A stretch of 64,000 nt of DNA, taken from assembly GCA_964016885.1 (NCBI GenBank), contig CAXHJY010001229.1, positions 62,001 to 126,000 of the forward strand, given 5' to 3'. The position numbers and the translations under genes are program-made. This DNA is from Eledone cirrhosa. Its lineage: Eukaryota. This document shows, piece after piece, positions 24,801-38,949 of this stretch (its first letter is position 1; each line of letters starts with the position of its first letter). The notes below the pieces were generated by a model. That model was given only the letters and a program-made list of their open reading frames with translations, made no database searches and had not been told where the DNA came from.

Positions 24801-27800
24801 CTATACTAGACTGTGGTACCTACTTACAACTAGGTGGACTGGACTGTTGACAGTTAAGTGTCTTGGTTATAGACACAGAACAGTGAACTATACCACACTG
24901 TGGTACCTACTTACAGCTAGGTGGACTGTTGACAGTTAAGTGTCTTGGTTATAGACACAGTACAGTGAACTATACCGCACTGTGGTATCTACTTACAGCT
25001 AGGTGGACTGTTGACAGTTAAGTGTCTTGGTTATAGACACAGTACAGTGAACTATACCATACTGTGGTACCTACTTACAGCTTGGTGGACTGTTGACAGT
25101 TAAGTGTCTTGGTTATAGACACAGTACAGTGAACTATACCACACTGTGGTACCTACTTACAGCTAGGTGGACTGTTGACAGTTAAGTGTCTTTGTTATAG
25201 ACATAGTACAGTGAACTATACCACACTGTGGTATCTACTTACAGCTAGGTGGACTGTTGACCGTTAAGTGTCTTGGTTATAGACACAGTACAGTGAACTA
25301 TACCACACTGTGGTACCTACTTACAGCTAGGTGGACTGTTGACAGTTAAGTGTCTTGGTTATAGACACAGTACAGTGAACTATACCACACTGTGGTATCT
25401 ACTTACAACTAGGTGGACTGAACTGTTGACAGTTAAGTGTCTTTGTTATAGACACAGAACAGTGAACTATACCACACTGTGGTACCTACTTACAGCTAGG
25501 TGGACTGGACTGTTAACAGTTAAGTGTCTTTGTTATAGACACAGTACAGTGAACTATACCACACTGTGGTACCTACTTACAACTAGGTGGACTGTTGACA
25601 GTTAAGTGTCTTGGTTATAGACACAGTACAGTGAACTATACCACACTGTGGTACCTACTTACAGCTAGGTGGACTGGACTGTTGACAGTTAAGTGTCTTT
25701 GTTATAGACACAGTACAGTGAACTATACCACACTGTGGTATCTACTTACAGCTAGGTGGACTGTTGACCGTTAAGTGTCTTGGTTATAGACACAGTACAG
25801 TGAACTATACCACACTGTGGTACCTACTTACAGCTAGGTGGACTGTTGACAGTTAAGTGTCTTGGTTATAGACACAGTACAGTGAACTATACCACACTGT
25901 GGTATCTACTTACAACTAGGTGGACTGAACTGTTGACAGTTAAGTGTCTTTGTTATAGACACAGAACAGTGAACTATACCACACTGTGGTACCTACTTAC
26001 AGCTAGGTGGACTGGACTGTTGACAGTTAAGTGTCTTTGTTATAGACACAGTACAGTGAACTATACCACACTGTGGTACCTACTTACAGCTAGGAGGACT
26101 GTTGACAGTTAAGTGTCTTGGTTATAGACACAGTACAGTGAACTATACCATACTGTGGTACCTACTTACAACTAGGTGGACTGTTGACAGTTAAGTGTCT
26201 TGGTTATAGACACAGTACAGTGAACTATACCACACTGTGGTACCTACTTACAGCTAGGTGGGCTGTTGACAGTTAAGTGTCTTGGTTATAGACACAGTAC
26301 AGTGAACTATACTAGACTGTGGTACCTACTTACAACTAGGTGGACTGCACTGTTGACAGTTAAGTGTCTTGGTTATAGACACAGAACAGTGAACTATACC
26401 ACACTGTGGTATCTACTTACAACTAGGTGGACTGAACTGTTGACAGTTAAGTGTCTTTGTTATAGACACAGTACAGTGAACTATACCACACTGTGGTACC
26501 TACTTACAGCTAGGAGGACTGTTGACAGTTAAGTGTCTTGGTTATAGACACAGTACAGTGAACTATACCATACTGTGGTACCTACTTACAACTAGGTGGA
26601 CTGTTGACAGTTAAGTGTCTTGGTTATAGACACAGTACAGTGAACTATACCACACTGTGGTACCTACTTACAACTAGGTGAGCTGTTGACAGTTAAGTGT
26701 CTTGGTTATAGACACAGTACAGTGAACTATACTAGACTGTGGTACCTACTTACAACTAGGTGGACTGGACTGTTGACAGTTAAGTGTCTTGGTTATAGAC
26801 ACAGAACAGTGAACTATACCACACTGTGGTACCTACTTACAGCTAGGTGGACTGTTGACAGTTAAGTGTCTTGGTTATAGACACAGTACAGTGAACTATA
26901 CCACACTGTGGTACCTACTTACAGCTAGGTGGACTGTTGACAGTTAAGTGTCTTGGTTATAGACACAGTACAGTGAACTATACCACACTGTGGTATCTAC
27001 TTATAGCTAGGTGGACTGTTGACAGTTAAGTGTCTTGGTTATAGACACAGTACAGTGAACTATACCATACTGTGGTACCTACTTACAGCTTGGTGGACTG
27101 TTGACAGTTAAGTGTCTTGGTTATAGACACAGTACAGTGAACTATACCATACTGTGGTACCTACTTACAACTAGGTGGACTGTTGACAGTTAAGTGTCTT
27201 GGTTATAGACACAGTACAGTGAACTATACCACACTGTGGTACCTACTTACAGCTAGGTGGACTGGACTGTTGACAGTTAAGTGTCTTTGTTATAGACACA
27301 GTACAGTGAACTATACCACACTGTGGTATCTACTTACAGCTAGGTGGACTGTTGACCGTTAAGTGTCTTGGTTATAGACACAGTACAGTGAACTATACCA
27401 CACTGTGGTACCTACTTACAGCTAGGTGGACTGTTGACAGTTAAGTGTCTTGGTTATAGACACAGAACAGTGAACTATACCACACTGTGGTATCTACTTA
27501 CAACTAGGTGGACTGAACTGTTGACAGTTAAGTGTCTTTGTTATAGACACAGAACAGTGAACTATACCACACTGTGGTACCTACTTACAGCTAGGTGGAC
27601 TGGACTGTTGATAGTTAAGTGTCTTTGTTATAGACACAGTACAGTGAACTATACCACACTGTGGTACCTACTTACAGCTAGGAGGACTGTTGACAGTTAA
27701 GTGTCTTGGTTATAGACACAGTACAGTGAACTATACCATACTGTGGTACCTACTTACAACTAGGTGGACTGTTGACAGTTAAGTGTCTTGGTTATAGACA

Positions 27801-30800
27801 CAGTACAGTGAACTATACAACACTGTGGTACCTACTTACAACTAGGTGGGCTGTTGACTGTTAAGTGTCTTGGTTATAGACACAGTACAGTGAACTATAC
27901 CACACTGTGGTACCTACTTACAGCTAGGAGGACTGTTGACAGTTAAGTGTCTTGGTTATAGACACAGTACAGTGAACTATACCATACTGTGGTACCTACT
28001 TACAACTAGGTGGACTGTTGACAGTTAAGTGTCTTGGTTATAGACACAGTACAGTGAACAATACCACACTGTGGTACCTACTTACAGCTAGGTGGGCTGT
28101 TGACAGTTAAGTGTCTTGGTTATAGACACAGTACAGTGAACTATACTAGACTGTGCTACCTACTTACAACTAGGTGGACTGGACTGTTGACAGTTAAGTG
28201 TCTTGGTTATAGACACAGAACAGTGAACTATACCACACTGTGGTATCTACTTACAACTAGGTGGACTGAACTGTTGACAGTTAAGTGTCTTGGTTATAGA
28301 CACAGTACAGTGAACTATACCATACTGTGGTACCTACTTACAACTAGGTGGGCTGTTGACAGTTAAGTGTCTTGGTTATAGACACAGTACAGTGAACTAT
28401 ACTAGACTGTGGTACCTACTTACAACTAGGTGGGCTGTTGACAGTTAAGTGTCTTGGTTATAGACACAGTACAGTGAACTATACTAGACTGTGGTACCTA
28501 CTTACAACTAGGTGGACTGTTGACAGTTAAGTGTCTTGGTTATAGACACAGTACAGTGAACTATACCACACTGTGGAACCTACTTACAACTAGGTGGGCT
28601 GTTGACAGTTAAGTGTCTTGGTTATAGACACAGTACAGTGAACTATACTAGACTGTGGTACCTACTTACAACTAGGTGGACTGGACTGTTGACAGTTAAG
28701 TGTCTTGGTTATAGACACAGAACAGTGAACTATACCACACTGTGGTACCTACTTACAGCTAGGTGGACTGTTGACAGTTAAGTGTCTTGGTTATAGACAC
28801 AGTACAGTGAACTATACCACACTGTGGTACCTACTTACAGCTAGGTGGACTGTTGACAGTTAAGTGTCTTGGTTATAGACACAGTACAGTGAACTATACC
28901 ACACTGTGGTATCTACTTACAGCTAGGTGGACTGTTGACAGTTAAGTGTCTTGGTTATAGACACAGTACAGTGAACTATACCATACTGTGGTACCTACTT
29001 ACAGCTTGGTGGACTGTTGACAGTTAAGTGTCTTGGTTATAGACACAGTACAGTGAACTATACCACACTGTGGTACCTACTTACAGCTAGGTGGGCTGTT
29101 GACAGTTAAGTGTCTTGGTTATAGACACAGTACAGTGAACTATACCACACTGTGGTACCTACTTACAGCTAGGTGGGCTGTTGACAGTTAAGTGTCTTGG
29201 TTATAGACACAGTACAGTGAACTATACTAGACTGTGGTACCTACTTATAGCTAGGTGGACTGTTGACAGTTAAGTGTCTTGGTTATAGACACAGTACAGT
29301 AAACAATACCACACTGTGGTACCTACTTACAGCTAGGTGGACTGTTGACAGTTAAGTGTCTTGGTTATAGACACAGTACAGTGAACTATACCATACTGTG
29401 GTACCTACTTACAACTAGGTGGACTGTTGACAGTTAAGTGTCTTGGTTATAGACACAGTACAGTGAACTATACCACACTGTGGTACCTACTTACAACTAG
29501 GTGGGCTGTTGACAGTTAAGTGTCTTGGTTATAGACACAGTACAGTGAACTATACTAGACTGTGGTACCTACTTACAACTAGGTGGACTGGACTGTTGAC
29601 AGTTAAGTGTCTTGGTTATAGACACAGAACAGTGAACTATACCACACTGTGGTACCTACTTACAGCTAGGTGGACTGTTGACAGTTAAGTGTCTTGGTTA
29701 TAGACACAGTACAGTGAACTATACCACACTGTGGTATCTACTTACAGCTAGGTGGACTGTTGACAGTTAAGTGTCTTGGTTATAGACACAGTACAGTGAA
29801 CTATACCATACTGTGGTACCTACTTACAGCTTGGTGGACTGTTGACAGTTAAGTGTCTTGGTTATAGACACAGTACAGTGAACTATACCACACTGTGGTA
29901 CCTACTTACAGCTAGGTGGACTGTTGACAGTTAAGTGTCTTGGTTATAGACACAGTACAGTGAACTATACCACACTGTGGTATCTACTTACAGCTAGGTG
30001 GACTGTTGACAGTTAAGTGTCTTGGTTATAGACACAGTACAGTGAACTATACCACACTGTCGTACCTACTTACAGCTAGGTGGGCTGTTGACAGTTAAGT
30101 GTCTTGGTTATAGACACAGTACAGTGAACTTTACCACACTGTGGTACCTACTTACAGCTAGGTGGGCTGTTGACAGTTAAGTGTCTTGGTTATAGACACA
30201 GTACAGTGAACTATACTAGACTGTGGTACCTACTTACAGCTAGGTGGACTGTTGACAGTTAAGTGTCTTGGTTATAGACACAGTACAGTGAACTATACCA
30301 CACTGTGGTATCTACTTACAGCTAGGTGGACTGTTGACAGTTAAGTATCTTGGTTATAGACACAGAACAGTGAACTATACCACACTGTGGTATCTACTTA
30401 CAACTAGGTGGACTGAACCGTTGACAGTTAAGTGTCTTTGTTATAGACACAGTACAGTGAACTATACCACACTGTGGTACCTACTTACAGCTAGGAGGAC
30501 TGTTGACAGTTAAGTGTCTTGGTTATAGACACAGTACAGTGAACTATACCATACTGTGGTACCTACTTACAACTAGGTGGACTGTTGACAGTTAAGTGTC
30601 TTGGTTATAGACACAGTACAGTGAACTATACCACACTGTGGTACCTACTTACAGCTAGGTGGACTGGACTGTTGACAGTTAAGTATCTTGGTTATAGACA
30701 CAGTACAGTGAACTATACCACACTGTGGTACCTACTTACAGCTAGGTGGACTGTTGACAGTTAAGTGTCTTGGTTATAGAGACAATACAGTGAACTATAC

Positions 30801-33800
30801 CACACTGTGGTACCTACTTACAGCTAGGTGGACTGGACTGTTGACAGTTAAGTGTCTTTGTTATAGACACAGTACAGTGAACTATACCACACTGTGGTAT
30901 CTACTTAAAGCTAGGTGGACTGTTGACCGTTAAGTGTCTTGGTTATAGACACAGTACAGTGAACTATACCACACTGTGGTATCTACTTACAACTAGGTGG
31001 ACTGAACTGTTGACAGTTAAGTGTCTTGGTTATAGACACAGAACAGTGAACTATACCACACTGTGGTACCTACTTACAGCTAGGTGGACTGAACTGTTGA
31101 CAGTTAAGTGTCTTTGTTATAGACACAGTACAGTGAACTATACCACACTGTGGTACCTACTTACAGCTAGGAGGACTGTTGACAGTTAAGTGTCTTGGTT
31201 ATAGACACAGTACAGTGAACTATACCATACTGTGGTACCTACTTACAACTAGGTGGACTGTTGACAGTTAAGTGTCTTGGTTATAGACACAGTACAGTGA
31301 ACTATACCACACTGTGGTACCTACTTACAGCTAGGTGGGCTGTTGACAGTTAAGTGTCTTGGTTATAGACACAGTACAGTGAACTATACTAGACTGTGGT
31401 ACCTACTTACAACTAGGTGGACTGGACTGTTGACAGTTAAGTGTCTTGGTTATAGACACAGAACAGTGAACTATACCACACTGTGGTATCTACTTACAAC
31501 TAGGTGGACTGAACTGTTGACAGTTAAGTGTCTTTGTTATAGACACAGTACAGTGAACTATACCACACTGTGGTACCTACTTACAGCTAGGAGGACTGTT
31601 GACAGTTAAGTGTCTTGGTTATAGACACAGTACAGTGAACTATACCATACTGTGGTACCTACTTACAACTAGGTGGACTGTTGACAGTTAAGTGTCTTGG
31701 TTATAGACACAGTACAGTGAACTATACCACACTGTGTTACCTACTTACAGCTAGGTGGGCTGTAGACAGTTAAGTGTCTTGGTTATAGACACAGTACAGT
31801 TAACTATACTAGACTGTGGTACCTACTTACAACTAGGTGGACTGGACTGTTGACAGTTAAGTGTCTTGGTTATAGACACAGAACAGTGAACTATACCACA
31901 CTGTGGTACCTACTTACAGCTAGGTGGACTGTTGACAGTTAAGTGTCTTGGTTATAGACACAGTACAGTGAACTATACCACACTGTGGTACCTACTTACA
32001 GCTAGGTGGACTGTTGACAGTTAAGTGTCTTGGTTATAGACACAGTACAGTGAACTATACCACACTGTGGTATCTACTTACAGCTAGGTGGACTGTTGAC
32101 AGTTAAGTGTCTTGGTTATAGACACAGTACAGTGAACTATACCATACTGTGGTACCTACTTACAGCTTGGTGGACTGTTGACAGTTAAGTGTCTTGGTTA
32201 TAGACACAGTACAGTGAACTATACCACACTGTGGTACCTACTTACAGCTAGGTGGACTGTTGACAGTTAAGTGTCTTGGTTATAGACACAGTACAGTGAA
32301 CTATACCACACTGTGGTATCTACTTACAGCTAGGTGGACTGTTGACAGTTAAGTGTCTTGGTTATAGACACAGTACAGTGAACTATACCACACTGTGGTA
32401 CCTACTTACAGCTAGGTGGGCTGTTGACAGTTAAGTGTCTTGGTTATAGACACAGTACAGTGAACTATACCACACTGTGGTACCTACTTACAGCTAGGTG
32501 GGCTGTTGACAGTTAAGTGTCTTGGTTATAGACACAGTACAGTGAACAATACTAGACTGTGGTACCTACTTACAGCTAGGTGGACTGTTGACAGTTAAGT
32601 GTCTTGGTTATAGACACAGTACAGTGAACTATACCACACTGTGGTACCTACTTACAGCTAGGTGGACTGTTGACAGTTAAGTGTCTTGGTTATAGACACA
32701 GTACAATGAACTATACCACACTGTGGTATCTACTTACAGCTAGGTGGACTGTTGACAGTTAAGTGTCTTGGTTATAGACACAGTACAGTGAACTATACCA
32801 TACTGTGGTACCTACTCACAGCTTGGTGGACTGTTGACAGTTAAGTGGCTTGGTTATAGACACAGTACAGTGAACTATACCACACTGTGGTACCTACTTA
32901 CAGCTAGGTGGACTGTTGACAGTTAAGTGTCTTGGTTATAGACACAGTACAGTGAACTATACCACACTGTGGTATCTACTTACAGCTAGGTGGACTGTTG
33001 ACAGTTAAGTGTCTTGGTTATAGACACAGAACAGTGAACTATACCACACTGTGGTATCTACTTACAACTAGGTGGACTGAACTGTTGACAGTTAAGTGTC
33101 TTTGTTATAGACACAGTACAGTGAACTATACCACACTGTGGTACCTACTTACAGCTAGGAGGACCGTTGACAGTTAAGTGTCTTGGTTATAGACACAGTA
33201 CAGTGAACTATACCATACTGTGGTACCTACTTACAACTAGGTGGACTGTTGACAGTTAAGTGTCTTGGTTATAGACACAGTACAGTGAACTATACCACAC
33301 TGTGGTACCTACTTACAGCTAGGTGGGCTGTTGACAGTTAAGTGTCTTGGTTATAGACACAGTACAGTGAACTATACCACACTGTGGTATCTACTTACAA
33401 CTAGGTGGACTGAACTGTTGACAGTTAAGTGTCTTGGTTATAGACACAGTACAGTGAACTATACCACACTGTGGTACCTACTTACAGCTAGGTGGACTGT
33501 TGACAGTTAAGTGTCTTGGTTATAGACACAATACAGTGAACTATACCACACTGTGGTATCTACTTACAGCTAGGTGGACTGTTGACAGTTAAGTGTCTTG
33601 GTTATAGACACAGTACAGTGAACTATACCATACTGTGGTACCTACTTACAGCTTGGTGGACTGTTGACAGTTAAGTGTCTTTGTTATAGACACAGTACAG
33701 TGAACTATACCACACTGTGGTACCTACTTACAGCTAGGAGGACTGTTGACAGTTAAGTGTCTTGGTTATAGACACAGTACAGTGAACTATACCACACTGT

Positions 33801-35596
33801 GGTATCTACTTACAGCTAGGTGGACTGTTGACAGTTAAGTGTCTTGGTTATAGACACAGTACAGTGAACTATACCACACTGTGGTACCTACTTACAGCTA
33901 GGTGGGCTGTTGACAGTGAAGTGTCTTGGTTATAGACACAGTACAGTGAACTATACCACACTGTGGTACCTACTTACAGCTAGGTGGACTGTTGACAGTT
34001 AAGTGTCTTGGTTATAGACACAGTACAGTGAACTATACCACACTGTGGTATCTACTTACAGCTAGGTGGACTGTTGACAGTTAAGTGTCTTGGTTAAAGA
34101 CACAGTACAGTGAACTATACCATACTGTGGTACCTACTTACAGCTTGGTGGACTGTTGACAGTTAAGTGTCTTGGTTATAGACACAGTACAGTGAACTAT
34201 ACCACACTGTGGTACCTACTTACAGCTAGGTGGACTGTTGACAGTTAAGTGTCTTGGTTATAGACACAGTACAGTGAACTATACCACACTGTGGTATCTA
34301 CTTACAGCTAGGTGGACTGTTGACAGTTAAGTGTCTTGGTTATAGACACAGAACAGTGAACTATACCACACTGTGGTATCTACTTACAACTAGGTGGACT
34401 GAACTGTTGACAGTTAAGTGTCTTTGTTATAGACACAGTACAGTGAACTATACCACACTGTGGTACCTACTTACAGCTAGGAGGACCGTTGACAGTTAAG
34501 TGTCTTGGTTATAGACACAGTACAGTGAACTATACCATACTGTGGTACCTACTTACAACTAGGTGGACTGTTGACAGTTAAGTGTCTTGGTTATAGACAC
34601 AGTACAGTGAACTATACCACACTGTGGTACCTACTTACAGCTAGGTCGGCTGTTGACAGTTAAGTGTCTTGGTTATAGACACAGTACAGTGAACTATACT
34701 AGACTGTGGTACCTACTTACAACTAGGTGGACTGGACTGTTGACAGTTAAGTGTCTTGGTTATAGACACAGAACAGTGAACTATACCACACTGTGGTACC
34801 TACTTACAGCTAGGTGGACTGTTGACAGTTAAGTGTCTTGGTTATAGACACAGTACAGTGAACTATACCACACTGTGGTACCTACTTACAGCTAGGTGGA
34901 CTGTTGACAGTTAAGTGTCTTGGTTATAGACACAGTACAGTGAACTATACCATACTGTGGTATCTACTTACAGCTAGGTGGCCTGTTGACAGTTAAGTGT
35001 CTTGGTTATAGACACAGTACAGTGAACTATACCATACTGTGGTACCTACTTACAGCTTGGTGGACTGTTGACAGTTAAGTGTCTTGGTTATAGACACAGT
35101 ACAGTGAACTATACCACACTGTGGTACCTACTTACAGCTAGGTGGACTGTTGACAGTTAAGTGTCTTGGTTATAGACACAGTACAGTGAACTATACCATA
35201 CTGTGGTACCTACTTACAGCTTGGTGGACTGTTGACAGTGAAGTGTCTTGGTTACAGACACAGTACAGTGAACTATACCACACTGTGGTACCTACCTACA
35301 GCTAGGTGGACTGTTGACAGTTAAGTGTCTTGGTTATAGACACAGTACAGTGAACTATACCACACTGTGGTATCTACTTACAGCTAGGTGGACTGTTGAC
35401 AGTTAAGTGTCTTGGTTATAGACACAGTACAGTGAACTATACCATACTGTGGTACCTACTTACAGCTTGGTGGACTGTTGACAGTTAAGTGTCTTGGTTA
35501 CAGACACAGTACAGTGAACTATACCACACTGTGGTACCTACTTACAGCTAGGTGGACTGTTGACAGTTAAGTATTTTGGTTATAGGCACAGTACAG
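15861..35596. repeat. ~19.7 kb tandem satellite array, 82-bp monomer with 87-bp variants, about 235-240 copies
   Basis: Consensus AGTGTCTTGGTTATAGACACAGTACAGTGAACTATACCACACTGTGGTACCTACTTACAGCTAGGTGGACTGTTGACAGTTA (82 bp, e.g. 16261-16342). The 87-bp units carry an extra GGACT or GAACT. The interior is highly homogeneous; both terminal monomers are diverged. Confidence 0.99.
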
Positions 35597-35666
35597 CCTC
35601 TACATCCTCCTTAACAACATAATCAGCCCAGAGTTTTCGTTTCATTATAACCTTTACATTATCATA
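35580..35666 (-). other. Putative terminal coding exon or exon remnant overlapping the array edge
   Basis: Open frame YDNVKVIMKRKLWADYVVKEDVEAVLCL* (TAA at 35582-35580). Possible acceptors are TTTCATTAG (~35670) or GTAAAG| (35652). No homology recognised, and the frame is short enough to arise by chance. Confidence 0.3.
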
Positions 35667-35716
35667 TTACTAATGAAAGCAGTGTCAATGATTGACTTGT
35701 TTTTAGATAAATATAT

Positions 35717-35925
35717 TGGTTTCTTATATAGGCACAAGGCCAGTGATTTTGGGGAGGGGAAAGTCAATTAAATCGACTCCAGTGCGTGACTGGTACTTTA
35801 TTTTATCGACCCCGTGAGGATGAAAGGCAAAGTTAACGTCGGCGGGATTTGAACTCAGATCATAAAGGGCCGTAACTCTTTGCTGCAAAGCATAGCGCCC
35901 GACTCTCTACCGATACTGCCAATCC
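35717..35925 (-). mobile_element. SINE family 1 copy
   Basis: Same body as 2538-2720 in reverse orientation, ending CTCTACCGATACTGCCAAT. Confidence 0.88.
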
Positions 35926-36221
35926 AATAAATATATTAACACTTTAAAATAAACAGTTTTGTATCATAGAACCTTGACAGTTATCGGGTGGATTTGTACC
36001 AAAAGTTTTAAAAAGTATTCATTTTTCTTTAGACTTTGAAGCATGTTATTCTACTATCTTATATTACAAGATCAAACTCATTCAAGTAAGTGAATATATC
36101 AGAGAAATATATATACTAGACCACCCATGACCCATTGGGTCACATTCACTTAAAAAATAATTTTTAGATAATTAAAATATACACAGACATGTATATAATG
36201 TAAAATGAAATTGGGAGGCCC

Positions 36222-36297
36222 ATATGTGTGTGTGGGGGTGTGTGTGTATATATATATATATGCGGGTGTCTGTGACCTATATACACCGGTCACAGAT

Positions 36298-36371
<74 letters not shown>

Positions 36372-36425
36372 GCACACACATATATATATATATATTTACA
36401 CTCACACACATATACACATACACAC
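36222..36425. repeat. (TA)n/(CA)n microsatellite cluster
   Basis: Directly visible. Preceded at 36116-36145 by a CTAG plus hairpin motif that resembles a minus-strand Helitron 3' end. Confidence 0.9.
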
Positions 36426-37349
36426 TTAGAAACCCTTTCTATTTAGCAGGATACAGTAATCCTGTATTCGTTTCTTTGAAGTCACCGGTTGTAATTTCAT
36501 TCAACAACACCACCAGCTCTCTCTCTTCCTTCTCTGTCTCCTTCTCTCACCCTCTCTATGTCTCTCTTTCAATCTACTCTCTCACAACCAATCTCTTTCT
36601 CTCTATCCTTCTCTCTCTCTGTTTATGAAGGTACCCAGAAAACCCCATATCTCAAGAACCCATGCTTCGATATACGTGAAACTTGTTTTATTCCATTTGT
36701 ATTCCCATTTCAGGGACAACTTCCTTTCAAAGTATTTTCCCATTACAGACAAGCGAGCAAGCAAGCAATCACAGAGTTTTAGTAATATATATATCATCAG
36801 CCTCATTATCATCAATTTTTCCAAGCTTGCATGCCTTAGACAGTTTGTCACATTATCAGACAAGTCAGATCAGAAGACCATGTTTTGCTCATAGGAATCT
36901 ATATTTTGGCTAGGTTTCTACAGCTAGATACCCTTCCTAATGCCAACTGCATTTTAGTGTAGGTTTTTTATTGTGGCACCAAAACTACCATCTAACAGGG
37001 TAGACTGGGTGCTTTTTTTCATTGTATCAACAGCACAATTACCTTACAGAGTGGACTGGATGCTTTCTTCTTGTGTCACCAGCACATTTACTTTACAGGG
37101 TGGATTGGGTGTTGCCTCTTGTCATGTTACCAGCACTTTTGTTGTTGTGCTACCAGATTACTATACAGGGGAACTTAGCATCGTGGGAGATCAGAATTGG
37201 AGCATGTCCAGCTTTCCATGTTTGTATGCATGAGTTGAGCAAGAGACATGCATTAGACATGATGAATGAGGGTCTACTTATCTTCTTGCTTGCTCTTGCT
37301 CAATGAGACTGGAGTCATCATAGGTCAGCATTTCCAGGGGGATCATCAT

Positions 37350-38095
37350 GCATAGAGCTAACCAGGCCCACCAGTGCCCTCCATTGCTGGTGGTCCCATG
37401 CCATCGCTGGTGGTTCCATCTGCATCCTCCAAGCTGACATAAAGCCTCTGGAGACCTTCATTAATTACATCCAGCCATCTGGTGCAGGGCTTGCTGAGGG
37501 GCCTCTTCCAGCCTGTAGGTGCTGCTGGTAGGATGATCTGGTGGGAGGCAGAGGACATATCTGTATCAGCGCATGCGGCAGATGGCTATGAGGCGGGAGG
37601 CTGTGGGCTGATGTATGTGCACATACAACTCTTTGTTAGAAATGTGGTGGTACCATCTGATGTTCCCAAGGCTCTGCTATCAAAGTTGTTGCTAGGGCCC
37701 ATGTTTCTGCTCCATAGAGGAGAATGGAGAAGACCGATGCATTGTAGATATGGAGCTTCATCTTGACTCTGGTGGCCAAACCACATCTGCAGCTGATCTC
37801 CAGAATCAAGTTTCTATTGTTGGTGACTGTCGAGCCCAGGTAAATGAAGGAGCTGACAAGCTCAGGGCCAATATTAAGCAGGGGAGGTTCCAAGTAATTT
37901 CTGACATGAATCAGCTTGGCGACCTCTACCAAACTCCTGAGATCTTTCAATAATGAGACAAAGGGCAGAAATGTAGTCGATGGTAGATTCATTTGGCATG
38001 AATCTGGCTTGTGGGCAACATCTGTTTCTGATGCTGAGAAGAGCATATAGGATCTTGGTGAAGAGCTTTCTTGGGATGGATAGGCGGGTGATGCC
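37350..38095 (-). mobile_element. Decayed RTE-like LINE C-terminal fragment
   Basis: ELVSSFIYLGSTV, KMKLHIYNASVFSILLYGAETW and KRPLSKPCTRWLDVINEGL motifs; IHPKKALHQDP near 38050-38085. Confidence 0.8.
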
Positions 38096-38949
38096 CTTGT
38101 GCTAATAATGTCATTGGTTCAATCCTACAGCACAGCTTCTTGGGCAATTGTCAGTTACCATAGCCTTGGGTCAATCAAAGCTTTGTGATTGAAATTGTGA
38201 AGATGGAAACTGTTTAGAAGTCCATGGACAGTCTGTACCTGGAATTCAAAGGGCCAGTCTTGTCACACTGAATCTCTCTGAGAATTCTGTTATGGAAACA
38301 CATGTATGTGGAATTCTCAGCCACATGAACTTCAATACAAGATGAACTGAACCTACAATTCAAAGGACCAATGGAATTTCCCTGAAAATTATGTTAAGGG
38401 TACATGAGTCTGTGGAATGCTCAGTTACCTGCTCAGTAGGTTCTTCTGTTAATAAAACAACAGGAAAAATCCATCCATTCCATGTAAAACTGTGAGCAAA
38501 TAAGTTTCATCATATTTTCTAATTTATTCGGTTTTTACTTTGTTAATCATGTTGTTTTGATGTTTCTGTATAACTTTCAATGTCCTGTACCACAGGAAAT
38601 ACATTCACGAAAAGTACAAAATGGCACTATGACTATCAAATTAAAAAGTGGAGTGTTTACTCTCATACTTCATGTTTTCCCAATGATCTGTCCACTAGTA
38701 AAGATACTATAAACATTTGAATTAACAAACCCCCATGAAATTACATTATTAAAACATTAATGAAAAGTAGAAAACAACTCCATGACTGCATCACACTAAA
38801 AATATGAAGTGTTTACTCTAATACTGCATATTTTCACAATGATTTTTCCACTAGTAAAGATACCATACTCATTTGAATTAACAATCTTTTTAGATCATCA
38901 TCATCATCATCATCATCATTTTACATCTGCTTTTCCCTGCTTGCAAGGG

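Noticed and set aside
15866-31609. Repeated 88-aa ORFs (MTVKCLGYRHSTVNYTTLWYLL...)
   Set aside because: They appear only where 87-bp (29-codon) monomers are adjacent, nearly all start at TTG, and every 82-bp unit shifts the frame to a stop.
15861-35596. CRISPR array
   Set aside because: No unique spacers (the whole unit repeats), no cas genes, and a eukaryotic context.
36150-36628. YI/CV/HT-repeat ORFs here and at 51588-52081
   Set aside because: Translation artefacts of (TA)n, (CA)n and (CT)n microsatellites.
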